Of a stretch of 64,000 bases of DNA, positions 35,297 through 48,393 are shown one piece after another. The stretch lies in assembly GCF_964204645.1 (NCBI RefSeq), contig NC_134026.1, forward strand, positions 7,215,950-7,279,949, written 5' to 3'. Within the stretch, counting starts at the first letter, position 1, and every line of letters starts with the position of its first letter. The notes under the pieces are model-generated. The model had not been told where the DNA came from. It searched no databases and saw only the letters and a program-made list of their open reading frames with translations. The position numbers and the translations under genes are program-made. The DNA is from Tubulanus polymorphus (lineage: Eukaryota; Animalia; Nemertea).

Positions 35297-37353
35297 ATGT
35301 TACCAGAAGACAGGAACAATTTGAATTTAACGCCGGTTAAAACGGTTTCATCTGTTATTACAAAAAAGAAACACGGCAGGTCACGTGACACGGGATCGTC
35401 TGGACAAATATGGAGATACGAGGAGGATATAGGCCTAGATGAATTTGAAGGGAGATCAGATGTGACGTCGTGTTGTATCAGAGACGAATTCAAGGGTTAT
35501 AGAACTCAAGACGGGCCCGAGACAGACTCCGAAATCATCACTTGTGCAACAACTTCCGATTCCGGTGTAGAAGCGACACCTAGCGATGAAGATCATAACT
35601 ATTACGTCGTCAGCAAGTCAGCTGATCTAGAAGCGACACCTAGTGACAAGGATCGTACCTATAATGCTGTGAGTCAATCACCTAATCTAGGAGCGACACC
35701 TAGTGGCCGAGATGAGAACTACCTGATGCGGTTAGAAGAAATAGGTTCACCTGCCAGGGCTCGGTCTCACAGAAAGTCGCGTAAACCGATAAAGAGCGCA
35801 GATAAATCCGACCCTAATTTCAGAGGTGTGACTGTGAAATTCAATACAACAATAGGTGATGATCGCACAAAACTGATCATTGAATCATCATTCAGGCGAG
35901 TAGTTCATAAACGGTCTGTTAAGAAAAACGATCATTTTCTATTCTGAAAGTATGAACATATTCTTTGAAACATCATATAACATTTGAAATACAACAAACT
36001 GGACTAAGTTCCACAGTTTCCTTTGTAGTTACGTAATTCAGGACTCAGTTCCACAGTTCAGGATCCAGTTCCACATTATCCGAATCCGCAGTTCTACAGT
36101 TCTAGCCCCTGCAGTTCCACGGTTCTGGACTCAATTCCATATCTATTTTTTACTTGTAGCAGTTTGAACAGATTGTCGAAAAGACGGAGAAATCAATTGA
36201 GACGAAGGCGCAGTTACGAGGAAGAAGATGAGTTAATGACCAGTTCAGATAGTGAGGAACAGACTATATCAATGAGACATAGTTGGTCCCTTAAATCAGG
36301 TAACACTTGTGAAACTGGTCCCCTGAATCATTGGAATTCAGTTCCCACTGATGTTCTTAACAATTATCACTCCACTCCGGTAGATGGCGACTTGGTGTAT
36401 TTCTGTATCGCGTTTTACCTTATGTTTTAAAGTCTTAAATACTTGTTGATGCCCCTGTGTATACCTCTCGTTGAGGTGATGAGTGTAAATAAATTCCAAT
36501 TTCAAATTTAGAAAAAATTTCAATTCACAGGAAAACAATGCGCTTCTTGCTGCACAAAGAAAACCCCGTTATGGCGCGATGCCGAAGATGGAACACCTCT
36601 ATGTAACGCATGCGGAATTAGGTAACATTAGCAAAATCACACATACCCGTACTTACGTAGCGATAAGTCTGTGACTTAAGATCCGTGACTTAATCTTAAA
36701 TGGGCTTAGATCTTAAGACTACAATTGATAAGCTGTTAGATTGGTTGGATATACATGTGTAAAACCAAAATGACTTTCAACTGGTCTCAAGTTGTTAGAT
36801 TGGTTATTGAACTAAGTACTATAGTTGGTCTTAGACTGGTCTTAAACAATTGGCCATGGCTATGCAAAACTGTGGGTCCCTTATAACTTTCTTCAAGGTA
36901 ACTTCTTATCATTTTGATAACAACTGCATTTCTTTATTGCCATTTTCTGATTATGCGATTTAGAGGCAAAATCCGGAGAAACAGTTAGAAAATAAACAAA
37001 ATGTTCCAACAAACATTCCTTTCCCTTAGGTAACTTCTCTAATCTTTTTGAGAAAAAAAAACTAAATTTTTGATTGGCAATTTATGATTAGGAGATTTAG
37101 GGGCAAAATCCAGAGAAACTGTTAGAAAATTAACAACATATTTTAACACGGGATTTCTATTTCACCAGTCAAACACAAAATTCAACCGTGTCAACAATAT
37201 CAATTTAAAATCAGATTGTCTTTATTCTACAGATATAAGAAATATCGCATACGATGTGTTTGCTGTTGGTTCGTACCGAGAAAAGCGAGTAAAGCGAAAT
37301 CGCTTTGCGCTAAATGCGGCCAGAAATTCCTCATATCTACGAAACGATTGTAA
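35297..37353 (+). CDS. ZGLP1: GATA-type zinc finger protein 1 (ZGLP1/GLP-1) ortholog, 4 coding exons, ~315 aa
   Basis: Exons 35297-35895 (DPNFRGVTVKF, matching the ZGLP1 motif DPGFEGVTLKF), 36163-36299, 36531-36621 (CASCCTKKTPLWRDAEDGTPLCNACGIR, CX2CX17CX2C) and 37233-37353 (YKKYRIRCVCCWFVPRK..LCAKC, CX2CX13CX2C). Total 948 nt, in frame. Additional 5' exons are possible. Confidence 0.92.
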
Positions 37354-38329
37354 AGAATAATCCAGAGGAAAACGTACTAGAATGCAGCAATATTGAACAC
37401 AGATCTTTGTGGAACAATGTCTTACCTTTTTCCGAAAATTCAGTGATCGCTTTCGGAGTTCCACAGTTCCACAGTGTGCAGCTCGAATTCAACTCTTGGG
37501 TTTTACACAAAAAAATCGTTAATGTACTAATTCTCAAGTCTTTGAGTCTAATTTGCTGCGGAGACGCGGGTCCAGAATTGAAATAGCATGTATTCAAATG
37601 CATGTATGAAATCAAGCACGTATGAAATTATTCAATATTGAAATGTACATTTGTTACACAAAATGTACAATTGTAACATTAAATGTACTGTTTTGTTACA
37701 TCTAATGTACACTTGTTACGTATATAAAATGCATGATGAATTCCTGTTAAAAATCCGTATAGAAGTTCAGTCTTTATGAATTTTTGATTTTATGCACATT
37801 CATTATTTGTTGTTTTGGAGGGAAATCTGTCTCCCCTAAAAGTGTTTACTTTAAGTTTAGTTGTTCTTATTAAGCTATGACAAGTTTGTCAAAAATGTTT
37901 TTGTTTTAATTTGCCACGTTATTCGATTAGTTATTATTTTCCCCAGCGAATCGGGAGTCATTAATTCCTGGTCGAGATTTTCATAACAAAATAATCAAAA
38001 ACTAAAAAAATACCTTTGTTATTTTTATACCCAACGTCTTATAAATATTTTTGTTAAAAAGATAATGAATTGTTATAAGCAGTGGATGAAAATTAATAAA
38101 ATGTTCATAAAAGAGAAACGAGTTTGTTTAAATGATAATATCTGATTGCTGATGGCCTCTTCGCTCATGGAATCGTAGCTTACATCGTGGCTCATCTCCA
38201 TTCTGGTAAGCGAGGAAATTTTTTCATCAGCGACGAGTCGAACGGAAATGTCTAGAATTTTTCCGGAAATTGCCGAGTTGTCCCGAGTGGACAACAGTAG
38301 ACTGACTGATTACTCGCTGACACAACGAT

Positions 38330-38745
38330 GACCTTTCTCTCCCCCTGTTCTCTTCTCCTTCCTCCCCTGCTCTCTTCTCTTTCCTCTCTCCCCTCCCGTC
38401 TTCTCTCTCCCTACCCTCCCTCTTCCTTACACTCCCTTCTCTCTACCCTACCCTCACTGCGTTTCTCCTCCTCTCCTCTTTCCTCCATCCTCCCTCTCTC
38501 TTTCTTTCCATCTCCCCCTACCCTTCCTCTTCCTCCCCACCTCTCGCCCCTTCTCTCTCCTCCTTCCCCTCCCTCCCCTCCCATCATTTCGCCTCTCTCT
38601 TTTCTCTTCTCTTTCCTACCCTCCCTCTCTCTTTCCTTCCCCTCCCCTTTCTTATTTCTTCCTCCTCTCCCCTTTTCTCGTCCCCCACCCCCCTCTCTCT
38701 CTCTCTCTCTCTCTCCCTCTCTCTCTCTCCCTCTCTCTCTCACCC
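38330..38745. repeat. Polypyrimidine (CT-rich) low-complexity tract ending in (CT)n
   Basis: About 410 bp that is almost purely C/T. Purine-strand equivalents at 53080-53225 and 61390-61570. Confidence 0.95.
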
Positions 38746-41700
38746 AATTCACACTCAAGTGATAATAACCCGTTCAATGAAAGGTCTTTCTCGTGAATGT
38801 GTCGTTTATTCATCATCCTGCACCGATATCCTCTAACAACTATACATACAAACACAATGCATGGCGACCTTTACCAATCGTCTCTGGGGCGCTGTTTAAT
38901 TTTCAGACTGTCTGTATCCACTTCATCTCGACCGATATTGAAATGTATTTATTAACTCATTATCTTCGATTGAATAAAACTTTAAAAACAATTTTCAGAA
39001 ATCGGAAACCAGTTATCTTTCGACATCAAAATACGTGAGTCAGGGAGTCAGAGTTGAAGAGTTTTATAGCTTAAAACAGTTTGAAAACATGAAGCAACTA
39101 TGCTAGTTATTCTTGGACCTGGGCCCGAACTTTAAATCTGAATCGACGAATCTTCAGAAAACTTAACAAGTTCGGTGCTGAAAAAGATTCAGAATTTGAT
39201 TCAGCAAATGAACTAAATATTCAAATTCATAATAATGTGCTATCGAGTTCATGAACTTTCATCCCAAGTTGCCGTCTGAGATGTACAAAAGGAGAGTGGC
39301 CACGTGACTAGCTGCTGCATCTATATGAGGCATATGAAGCAGCATCAGCAGCAGGCACTGGCAGGCGTTGGCGTTGGCGTTGGCGGCGGCTGCTGATTGT
39401 AAGATGTTCATTGATATGCGAATCAGGCCTATTGGAAACCGTATCTGTCGACGCTACCGGAATAATACCATCTTGACATTCTCTTTACTTGTCCGTTAAA
39501 GGAACAGTGCAATGTGGTGCGGGTACTGTCTACTCCGCTCTTACAGCATCCCAGACGATATGTAGAGAGAGCAGCAGAAAAAAAGATGGCCGTCCCGCCT
39601 GCCTAATACTGCCTAGCAACAACCGCTCTGACGTCAGAATTAACATATAGCTATGGTAACCTGCGCGTCACTAGCCACTAGTGGCGCCATCCTCATTTCA
39701 CGCACAGGGCTATAAATCCCTATACATCTTTTGAGTGCATTTGATAATCTTCAAGTTATTGGAAAATGTGGCTAAAAATGTAATGGTCACTTTATTACCT
39801 TTCATCAACGTAAGAATTTTTAGAATCATATTTGAAAAAAAAATCTCAATACATAAATCATATATCAATCATATCATATCAATATATATATATATTTGGT
39901 TGTCACTGTTGGAAAAGTTGCTGCTGCTGCTGCTGCTGCTATTGCTGTTACTATTGTGGAAACGAAATGGTTAAATTGAAAAGCATTAATTTCAGTAAAA
40001 CTACATTATTCCCAGACTAAAGAGACACTACTCGGAGTTAGTTTACTCCGGGGATTAATTAGTCGTTCGTTAGTAGAATTGTTACGCTTCTCATTAGCGT
40101 TTTATATATCTTAATTACTTTTTAATTGATTTCTATTCTCTGTGTGTGAGTACAGGTCTCCACGAAGAATCTAATTCTGATAGTTTGTTTTTTTCGGTCG
40201 TAAAAAATGCAGCATTGGTACCAGAGATATATTAGGAAAAATACCGAAATGGGTCTTATTTTACGATTGGAGCACCAATTCCAGAAATATCAGAAAAATA
40301 CCGATATATTTTCTTTTTTTTCGAAAAATTTAAACATCCAATTTGATAGATTGTCTGCGAGTACGAGATCTTTGCGACGTTTTCTATTTTATTCCATGCG
40401 TCAGCAAAAGTCGGAAATATAATCACAATGACGCAGGTTGCTTCGTGTAAAATATACCTTCACCGTCTAAAACGCCAAAAATATCCGTCCGTTAAAAATA
40501 AACTATTGTTTCCATCGTATTCTGTGTGAGATGACTGGGTGAAAAAAAGATGATTACCGAAATGCCACCGCGGTCGCGACGGAATGAGTCGAATCGTATT
40601 TCAGCCGTCGTCCAACAAAAAATAATAAACCAACTACACCGAATATACACACCGCTTCACAACAGGTAATGAATGTATATCACCACCTGAGATAAACTAG
40701 GATAGAGAGATAGAGAGAGAGAGATGAGTAAGTTTAATACCGGGAGTTAGTTAATCTGGTATTATTTTGCACTAAGACAGACAGGCAGACAGACAACGAT
40801 AGTGATTTATACAATGGTTTTATGTGATGCAGAGGATAATTAGGATGAATGTCTCAGGGATGCTGTATAGACGCGAGTAACTGCTGATATATCATTCCCA
40901 GGATCGTGGACTGTGGCAGCAGCAGCAGCAGCAGCAGCAGATACCTGTGCCATCCCATATTCATTTCTAGCTCAATATCAGCAGTTTTAGTACGTATTGA
41001 TGTCGATACTAAATTCGGTTTTCTATGTCCAGAAATGATCATAAAACTCTTTTTAGCAGCGATTTTTTTTGCGGATAAATACGACTACCGCCGCGAGCCC
41101 CGTGGCACGTGGATGCTCTTGACCTTCGCGTCAAGGTCATTCGATGCATCAATAGTTAAGAGATGAGCGTCGAGTGAAACGCATGTAGATCGGATCTACC
41201 TTATCAAAAAAGCGAATTCACTTTCTGAAACCGTTTCTTGCTGAATTAATAATTAACACCATCCTGTTGGCTTCATTCAACACGTATCCACTCTCGCGAT
41301 CGCATCTCCGCTACAAGCGTCTATTTTAGCGTCAGTTTTTTTCGACACTGTGAAAACCACTACAATAATGTTTAAATACACTGATAATTACTACGCGTTA
41401 TTCGAGGGGTTCTGTGTGATTCATGTGCTCTACGTCATCGATATTGACGTTTCAAAATAACAATTTTGTAATCAAATGTCTTTAAAAATCTTTTTACTTC
41501 TAATGAATTTTTATATATGTCTTTTCAATAATTAATTTTTAGTGGATGTGCCCTACGTCTATGGGATGTCTTTGGATTCTTCTTGTGCCAACCAGTTATT
41601 ACATGCCCGAAGGTCACACTGTTGTTCGGGGATGCAGTAGCTTCAACCACCCGTCCTGTACACGAGAATTTTACATAGGAACAGTAATAGTAGTGATATA

Positions 41701-41799
41701 TGCTTTTACTGATCAATTACTAAAGCATCCTGGAAAAAATGATTTTTGGAATTTTCAGTTAAAAATGAAATTCCTTTATACGTAATACAAACATACATG

Positions 41800-42870
41800 A
41801 ATAATCTTTATGTATTTTTGGTAATACCTATCGGCATGATACCGATTGGTGCACCTTTGTACGTAGAAATTATACCCAAATTCAAAACTATATACCATGA
41901 TACAAAATAGAAAATACAAATTATTAGGAAAATTTGATAGTTCTTTCATATTTATATTTTTTTTTGGAAAATTGTGGTCGTGTCTTACAGTTTACAGTTT
42001 ATTTGACAAACTCAAGGTCTACAAATTAGACAATATGAGTGAAAAATGGAACATTATACAAAATAACATAGCAGCGAATGCCGTGTTTACACAAATATTT
42101 TAGCAATTTTACTTATAAAGATACATAAATTATAAAGTGTTCTGATGTTTTTTGTCTGCATAAGGGAGGAGAATTTATACTGGTTTGGATAAATTGAAAA
42201 TTTTCTCTCAATGTACTTGGTCCTTAAAACGTCAAGGGTTGGACAACATAATATATAATGATATTCGTCCCCTATAGCACTGTTGCAAAGAGGACAGGTC
42301 CTGTTTTCTCTGGGTACTTTCATCCATCTACCAGTTTCAATTGGAAGTTTGTGGTTACACGTTCTAAATCTACTTAAACTATATAGCAGGTCATCAGGAA
42401 TGTCCGACGTGTAAATAAATTCCAGGCTATGATTATCTTTGAATAGAGAGTAATAGTCACCTTTAGGTGATTCCCTTATGGATGCTCTCCATTCTTGGAG
42501 GAACTGGTCCATTATTTTTCGTTTTAAAGTAGATTGCAGCCATCTAGTGTTTGGGAAGGATTGATCATCCCATATATTGTTTAAACCTACAGAATACAGA
42601 ATATCTTTTACATTTCTAATCCATTTGAAATTTGGAGCTATGCCGTTAATGTAAAAAGGTCGCATAACTGATTTATACAGAATGCTAGAAAGTTTGTTCT
42701 GAGAACTAACTAAATTAGCCCAAAAGGAGACAATTCTAGATTTAATTACTATAGAAAGGGGGAATCTACCAGTTTCTCCGTACAACATGAACGTTGGTGT
42801 ACTATTTCGCGCTTTCAGTACGTGTCTCAGAAAACTTAAGTGAACAGACTCAACTGTCACCTGTTAGGTT
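41800..42870 (-). mobile_element. 5'-truncated non-LTR retrotransposon (RTE-X-like) ORF2 C-terminus plus 3' UTR
   Basis: ORF 42860-42087 has HLSFLRHVL..STP..MLYGETGRFPL, RFRTCNHKLPIETGRW and a CPLC..GDEYHYILCC zinc-knuckle-like motif. It is open for 257 codons. Clade assignment is from memory of these motifs. Confidence 0.88.
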
Positions 42871-45800
42871 GTGTAATCATAATGTTATCTGACTACAGCC
42901 TGGAGATTATGGTCAGTATGAGACGGCAAACAAACCATCCACAGTCCAATCATGCGCAATCTATAGATTGACCAAATAGGTTAGTTTTGGATGGTTCTGG
43001 TACAAACCAGTTTCTGACATCTACGACAGAAACCCACGCTATTGTCAAGCGATGAAGGTAGGGGCTTCACTCTATACCCGTCCTGTACACGATAATTTTA
43101 CAATGAAACGACGATTTTGGTGCGTTTTTTCCTAGGTATCTTGCGTACATGTTATGTAAAACTGATTTTCTATTCATGACCAGCGCGGATTTGATACATG
43201 AATGTTTATTCGACCAACAACGAGAAATCTTAGAGAAAGTAGTTCTAAACCTTGGAATGGGTTGTCTTTGATAAGTGATAATAAAATGAAAGAACATTTC
43301 CAAGGTTTCAAAACTGCTCCCAAAACTAATCATTTTACCCAGGCATAATATACATGGCTTACCTAATTAAATGTTAAATGTCATATACCGCGGTAATTCA
43401 ATAAGCAAAATTTACTTTCATCGTCTAGAAAAAATATTGCCTAAATGCACTTGAATGCTTGAATGTTGAAAACGCCGCAGAGCAGGCTCTAAACCTGACA
43501 AAATTTACTTTTATAACCAATCGAACTGTTTAAATGTACTCTCAAATGTTGTAAATAGCTTAGATCAGTGTCGAACCAAAATGGCATTGATGATAATAAT
43601 TCTGATATTGAGAACTGTAAATAACTGTTATACTGGTGAGTTTGTAATCAGTAATACTGCTGTATGATATGATTATATAATCATGATAATATCTGTTGAA
43701 CACCACTGTGAACTTTCTGCCGCCGTTAATTATCAATCTTTAGGGACATCGTGAGGATATCATTATATATGATATGAAATTCATTATTTAGATATCTGAT
43801 TACTCCTTACAGCGACGCAGAGAGACCTGTAACATTGAGTGAGGCTGTGTGGACTCTCCGGGGAACCACGTTACCATCTGCGTACCCGCAAACTGCGAGC
43901 CTGCGAGCCTATCGTATCGGTATATCCTTACAGAAATTGATACCAAGAAAAAAGTGACACAAACTAGAATCAGATGTCGTTTAGGCAATTAGTACTTTAA
44001 CGATTTGCTTTATTCTATTAAAAGTACGAGCTTTCGCTTTGAATAGAGTAGCTTCATCGGGTGAATGAGTGGACGAGTAAAATACCTACTCTGTACACTA
44101 GTAGCGAAAGCTCGAAAGAACTTCTAATAAAATTAACCTTGCTTTTTAACGTTTGCTGACTCGACACAACATAGGTTAACGCGGTTTTCCAAAAGAGAAA
44201 TTGTAAAACCTTTCAAAAACCTCGATTCCACTTTGAACTATATATTCTTCTTGGTATATCGTTTTTCCGTATTCCGTATTTAGTTCCAAAAAGAGTTTTG
44301 GTTAGATTTATAATCAAGACTGATTTATAATTGGACTGAAACAATTGTTTTATTTTCTCCAGTTATATATGAATGTATCTAGGATGGTTGGCGCTGTTGA
44401 CTATCTCGTTGTGGAGCCCCGGTGGAGGGTGGCGTTATCGCGTTCTGAAGAGGAGGTCTCCCCGAAATGCCAGTCGAAGGTCTGAAGTCATCAAATTTCG
44501 TCGAGAGAGACAGAGACAGAGACAGCAGCGCGGCGAATCGCGTTGATATCTCAATCAGTGATATCTCAATAAATCATATCTATCAATAACTGATTGATAT
44601 ATCGCGATGAGTGAATATATCGTAAATTCAGGTGAAGACGTGCTCAGTCACAAACAAACGCAGATTAGATATATTAGACGTCTGAGTCCGGCGTATCTAT
44701 TTCTGAGATGAGATGTCAGGAGACCTACGGCCCCCCTTCCTCTTCCCATCCCTCGCGCCCCGCATCGTGACGGTGTATAGAAACAGGTTTATGATGCACC
44801 AATCATCTTCTGGATGTTTTTTCACTTCCATGATTATCACGTAATTTCTTTGATGTGGTATTCACTGGGGTATTGTCAAAAACTGTTGGCACCGGTAGCA
44901 GCAGCAACAGTAGCACCCGCACCAGCAGCAGCACCAGTAGCAGCACCAGCACCAGTATAGTTTGTAGTGCACTTGAATATTAACTAGTACAAATGCAAGT
45001 CACGATTCATTTTATGATCGCACCCGACGTCCGTAAAATCGGATCGGTCTCAGTCTGTTTTTGTCGGAACTAACAATAACGAGATGACGTCTGTGGTGGA
45101 GTCGCGCGTTGTGGTTTCTTTTTATCGGTAAAACAAAAAACAAAAATGGCGACGATATGAATGAATTATGAATCTTGTGTACCGTACGTGAATCCCGCGT
45201 AGCATTTTCGTTTATTGTAATGTCAACAGTAAACCTGGCAGCTTAATTCAGACATGGCCAGCTCGGGGACTATGACTAACCCGGATAAAAACAAAACAAT
45301 TAACAATTTCTCCGACTTCCTGACGTATTTTCGATTCTTAATGCGGACTTTCTTTATTGTAATGCAACGAAACCTCGCAGTCTTACTCGGAAATGGCCAA
45401 CGGATTTTTTTTACTAACTCGGACAAAAAATAGAATAAAATTATTTTTCTCAATTTCGAACGTATTTTCAGTTGGACTTCCATAAACTGGGACGAGTTTT
45501 GCCGCGGTCCTAGTTTGCATTCTTGTAAGGGCGAGATCTACTAGGGCATTATACATCACAAACAAATCCTCATCTTAGGTATTTGTATGATAAGACGTGT
45601 GTACAATGTGTATATATATATATATGTATAATTATAGTTATGTAAGTGATGAAAAATATTTACGTTACAAGTCAAGTACCGTATGTTTGTTAAGAAGTAT
45701 GTTTACAGTAATTAGTAAAGTATTTACAATTTGTGATCTGTAAAAAAAAAATCTATTTTCCTCTGATGTCCGACTTCCTGTGTCCTTAAATGAGCTGTTT

Positions 45801-47394
45801 TCTGTAAAACCGATGACCCGGGTTCGAACCCACTCTAGTCCAATAGTGTGTGAACACGATCTCCTAGCGACGACACGAACAGAAAGAAAAACTATAAAGG
45901 AACTATTTCAAATATATTTTTTCTCGATTTTTATTTAGAAAATGTATAAAATCAGAACCGCATGTACATGTACTGATACTGAAACGCATCGGTTTGCAGA
46001 TCAAACTATATGATATTCTCGATATTTCGAGAAATAAAATCTCGTTTAATCGTTCATAAAGGTTTTAAACACGAACAGACGACTGTATTGATATTCCTAT
46101 TGATTGCTTCGTAATGTAATACAATATAAAAACCTGAACTTGGTACCTGGTAGCATCATCTTACCTGTATAAATGGTATCTTCTGGTCACCAGGCTGTAA
46201 ATGGGTACTGTGGTACCTATTCTCTTACCTGGCTGAACTGATACCCTCGCTACCCCTCTAGAAGCCGATAGTAGGCCTACCCCTCACAGTTCCCCTATAA
46301 AAGGTACCCAGCCTGTAGACAGGTAACGGACACCCTACAGTGACTGCCCTATACCAGCTCGCAACCGGTATAGCTGTGTAGTAACTAATGTCAATTTATC
46401 AACGGAAGTTTTCAGTGAATGATTAATAGGCTATGAATCCTACAGATATTATAGATTGCCTTCTTATATCCGGTATTAATCTTAGCTTTGACAAATATTA
46501 GCGTAAAGCTTGAGAGTAACCCGACACGGAGACGGAGAGGTGGGTGGCTATACAGAGACTCACAACCCGGTTCCACGTTCCAGATTCCACAGTTATATTG
46601 ATGAAATACATGTAACATCCATGTATTTTTGCTATATATTTCCACTAGTTCGTATCACTTCTTCATAATTAGTGAGATTGTTCTCGATTTTATATGTATA
46701 TATATATTATAATTTTGCTATAACATTAGATATCATTGAAATCATATGTCTATTAGTCGAAACGTTAAATGAATTACTATACTAGTTCAAGGAAGCATGT
46801 TGGACTCTAAATGATCTCAAGAAAGGTATCTAAATGGTCTAGAGTTTGAAATATCGTGCGACACGAAACGAAAAAACCCTGATCGTTTTATAGTCGAGTT
46901 GCGCGAGCATTAAACGATAATTCTACGATTTCGTGCAATTATTCATCACGCGAAATTTAAGTAAAACCGAACAAGTCGTCGACCTGAGAATAAACGATTG
47001 TTAAATTTACACCGAACTCTCCGAATATAATTCCAGGTTTCTGATTTATGTTTTATATAATCAGTTCACGCAGAACAATGCAGTAAAATATTTGTTAGAA
47101 AAGAACATTTTCACTTACGTGAAAAAATATTTTTACGACTCGTAATAACTTAAACGTAGACTCTCACGAGACTATGCGTAATGCGTGCACGTAAAAACTT
47201 TAGGTTGTCTTGTTTTTGAAGGAAGGTTTTCTTCTAAATTAAACTACATTGTATATAAACCCATATAACTCAGATAAACCTTACCTATTATAGGCAGACA
47301 GAGTTCAGGTTATCAAAAATCTATAGAAGCGATAACAATATAAACCTCTTCGTTCTTATGAGTAAAACACAGTTTATTGACACGAACATTCGGG

Positions 47395-47610
47395 GACCAT
47401 ATCCCCTCATCTGATGACACGATATCCCTCTCATCAGATCTAGTGAGATGATATCTCCTCGTCAACTCATCAGGTGAGGTGATATCCCTCATAAGGTGAG
47501 GTGATATTCCCTTAGCCAGGGGAGGCGATACCCCTCATAAGGTGAGGTGACATTCCCTCATCCGGCTCGGTGATATATTCCCTCATCAGGAACGTGAGGT
47601 CATATATCCT
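47395..47610. repeat. ~23-bp degenerate minisatellite (GATATCCCTCATAAGGTGAGGT)
   Basis: About 8-9 tandem units. Confidence 0.8.
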
Positions 47611-48300
47611 CACCATCCACCAGAACTATCAAAGAGGGAATCGATCTCGTTGATAGAACAGCGCCAGCTATAAATGCTATAATATGATAGTGCGATATTC
47701 AGTGCTGGCGTGGCAAAGGGGTTACTTCGTTCACTATGAAAACTTTGACTGTCACACACTTAGATTGTCTCTAGCAGTTTCGAGTCCTGCCGTCGCGGGC
47801 CTCCTATCTACTATACCCCTTGCGCAATCCAGCATTTTTGTTACTTTATATCTTCTGTGTCAGTTGTTTTTATATGAGATTTGAAACCACCCATAAAAGC
47901 AAAACGAATAACAAGAATATAAACCCAAGTAGAGAATAACGATATCTAAATCAGGAGATCTATATTGTCATCACTTTCGTTAATTGCCAATTCGATTCGT
48001 TTCCTTTTTGCCATTTTACATAACTTCATAAATACTTTAATATCCGCTCACAAATGAAATCTTAAAGAAAATCAACTCACCGTCATTGCTCGATTGTGCC
48101 GTAATAAGATTCGGTATAGGTCGGGCTGTCGTCAGAAACAGACGATTCCTCGTCTGAAAGTTCGGAAATCGTCGGGCGACTAACGAATTTTCAGCTTTTT
48201 TTATTCGGTCATTCCGACTTCGAAATCAATAGCAGGGCGTCCGAGCGATTAGGGAGGCGTGTTTGAATTAAGTCGGTAATTTGCGACAGCGGCGTTGTAG

Positions 48301-48386
48301 AAGCTGAAGCAAATACGTGTATTCTCAAGCAATAACATTATCAACAACATATTATTATCTCAAGAATACCCGTAATCATTTCAGTT
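48301..48386 (-). ncRNA. mir-137: pre-miRNA mir-137
   Basis: Reverse complement of 48314-48335 is TTATTGCTTGAGAATACACGTA (invertebrate miR-137-3p). Reverse complement of 48351-48373 is ACGGGTATTCTTGAGATAATAAT (5p arm). The arms pair, and a lower stem AACTGAAATGATT/TTTGCTTCAGCTT is present. Confidence 0.96.
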
Positions 48387-48393
48387 ATATTAT

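Noticed and set aside
38328-38855. Pro/Ser/Leu-rich and Glu/Arg/Gly-rich ORFs
   Set aside because: Products of the CT/GA low-complexity tract.
39604-39620. miR-8/miR-200-like TAATACTGCC
   Set aside because: Only the seed region matches and there is no complementary arm.
43812-43919. Exon-like open segment after TCCTTACAG
   Set aside because: No recognisable protein similarity, a weak donor and no partner exons.
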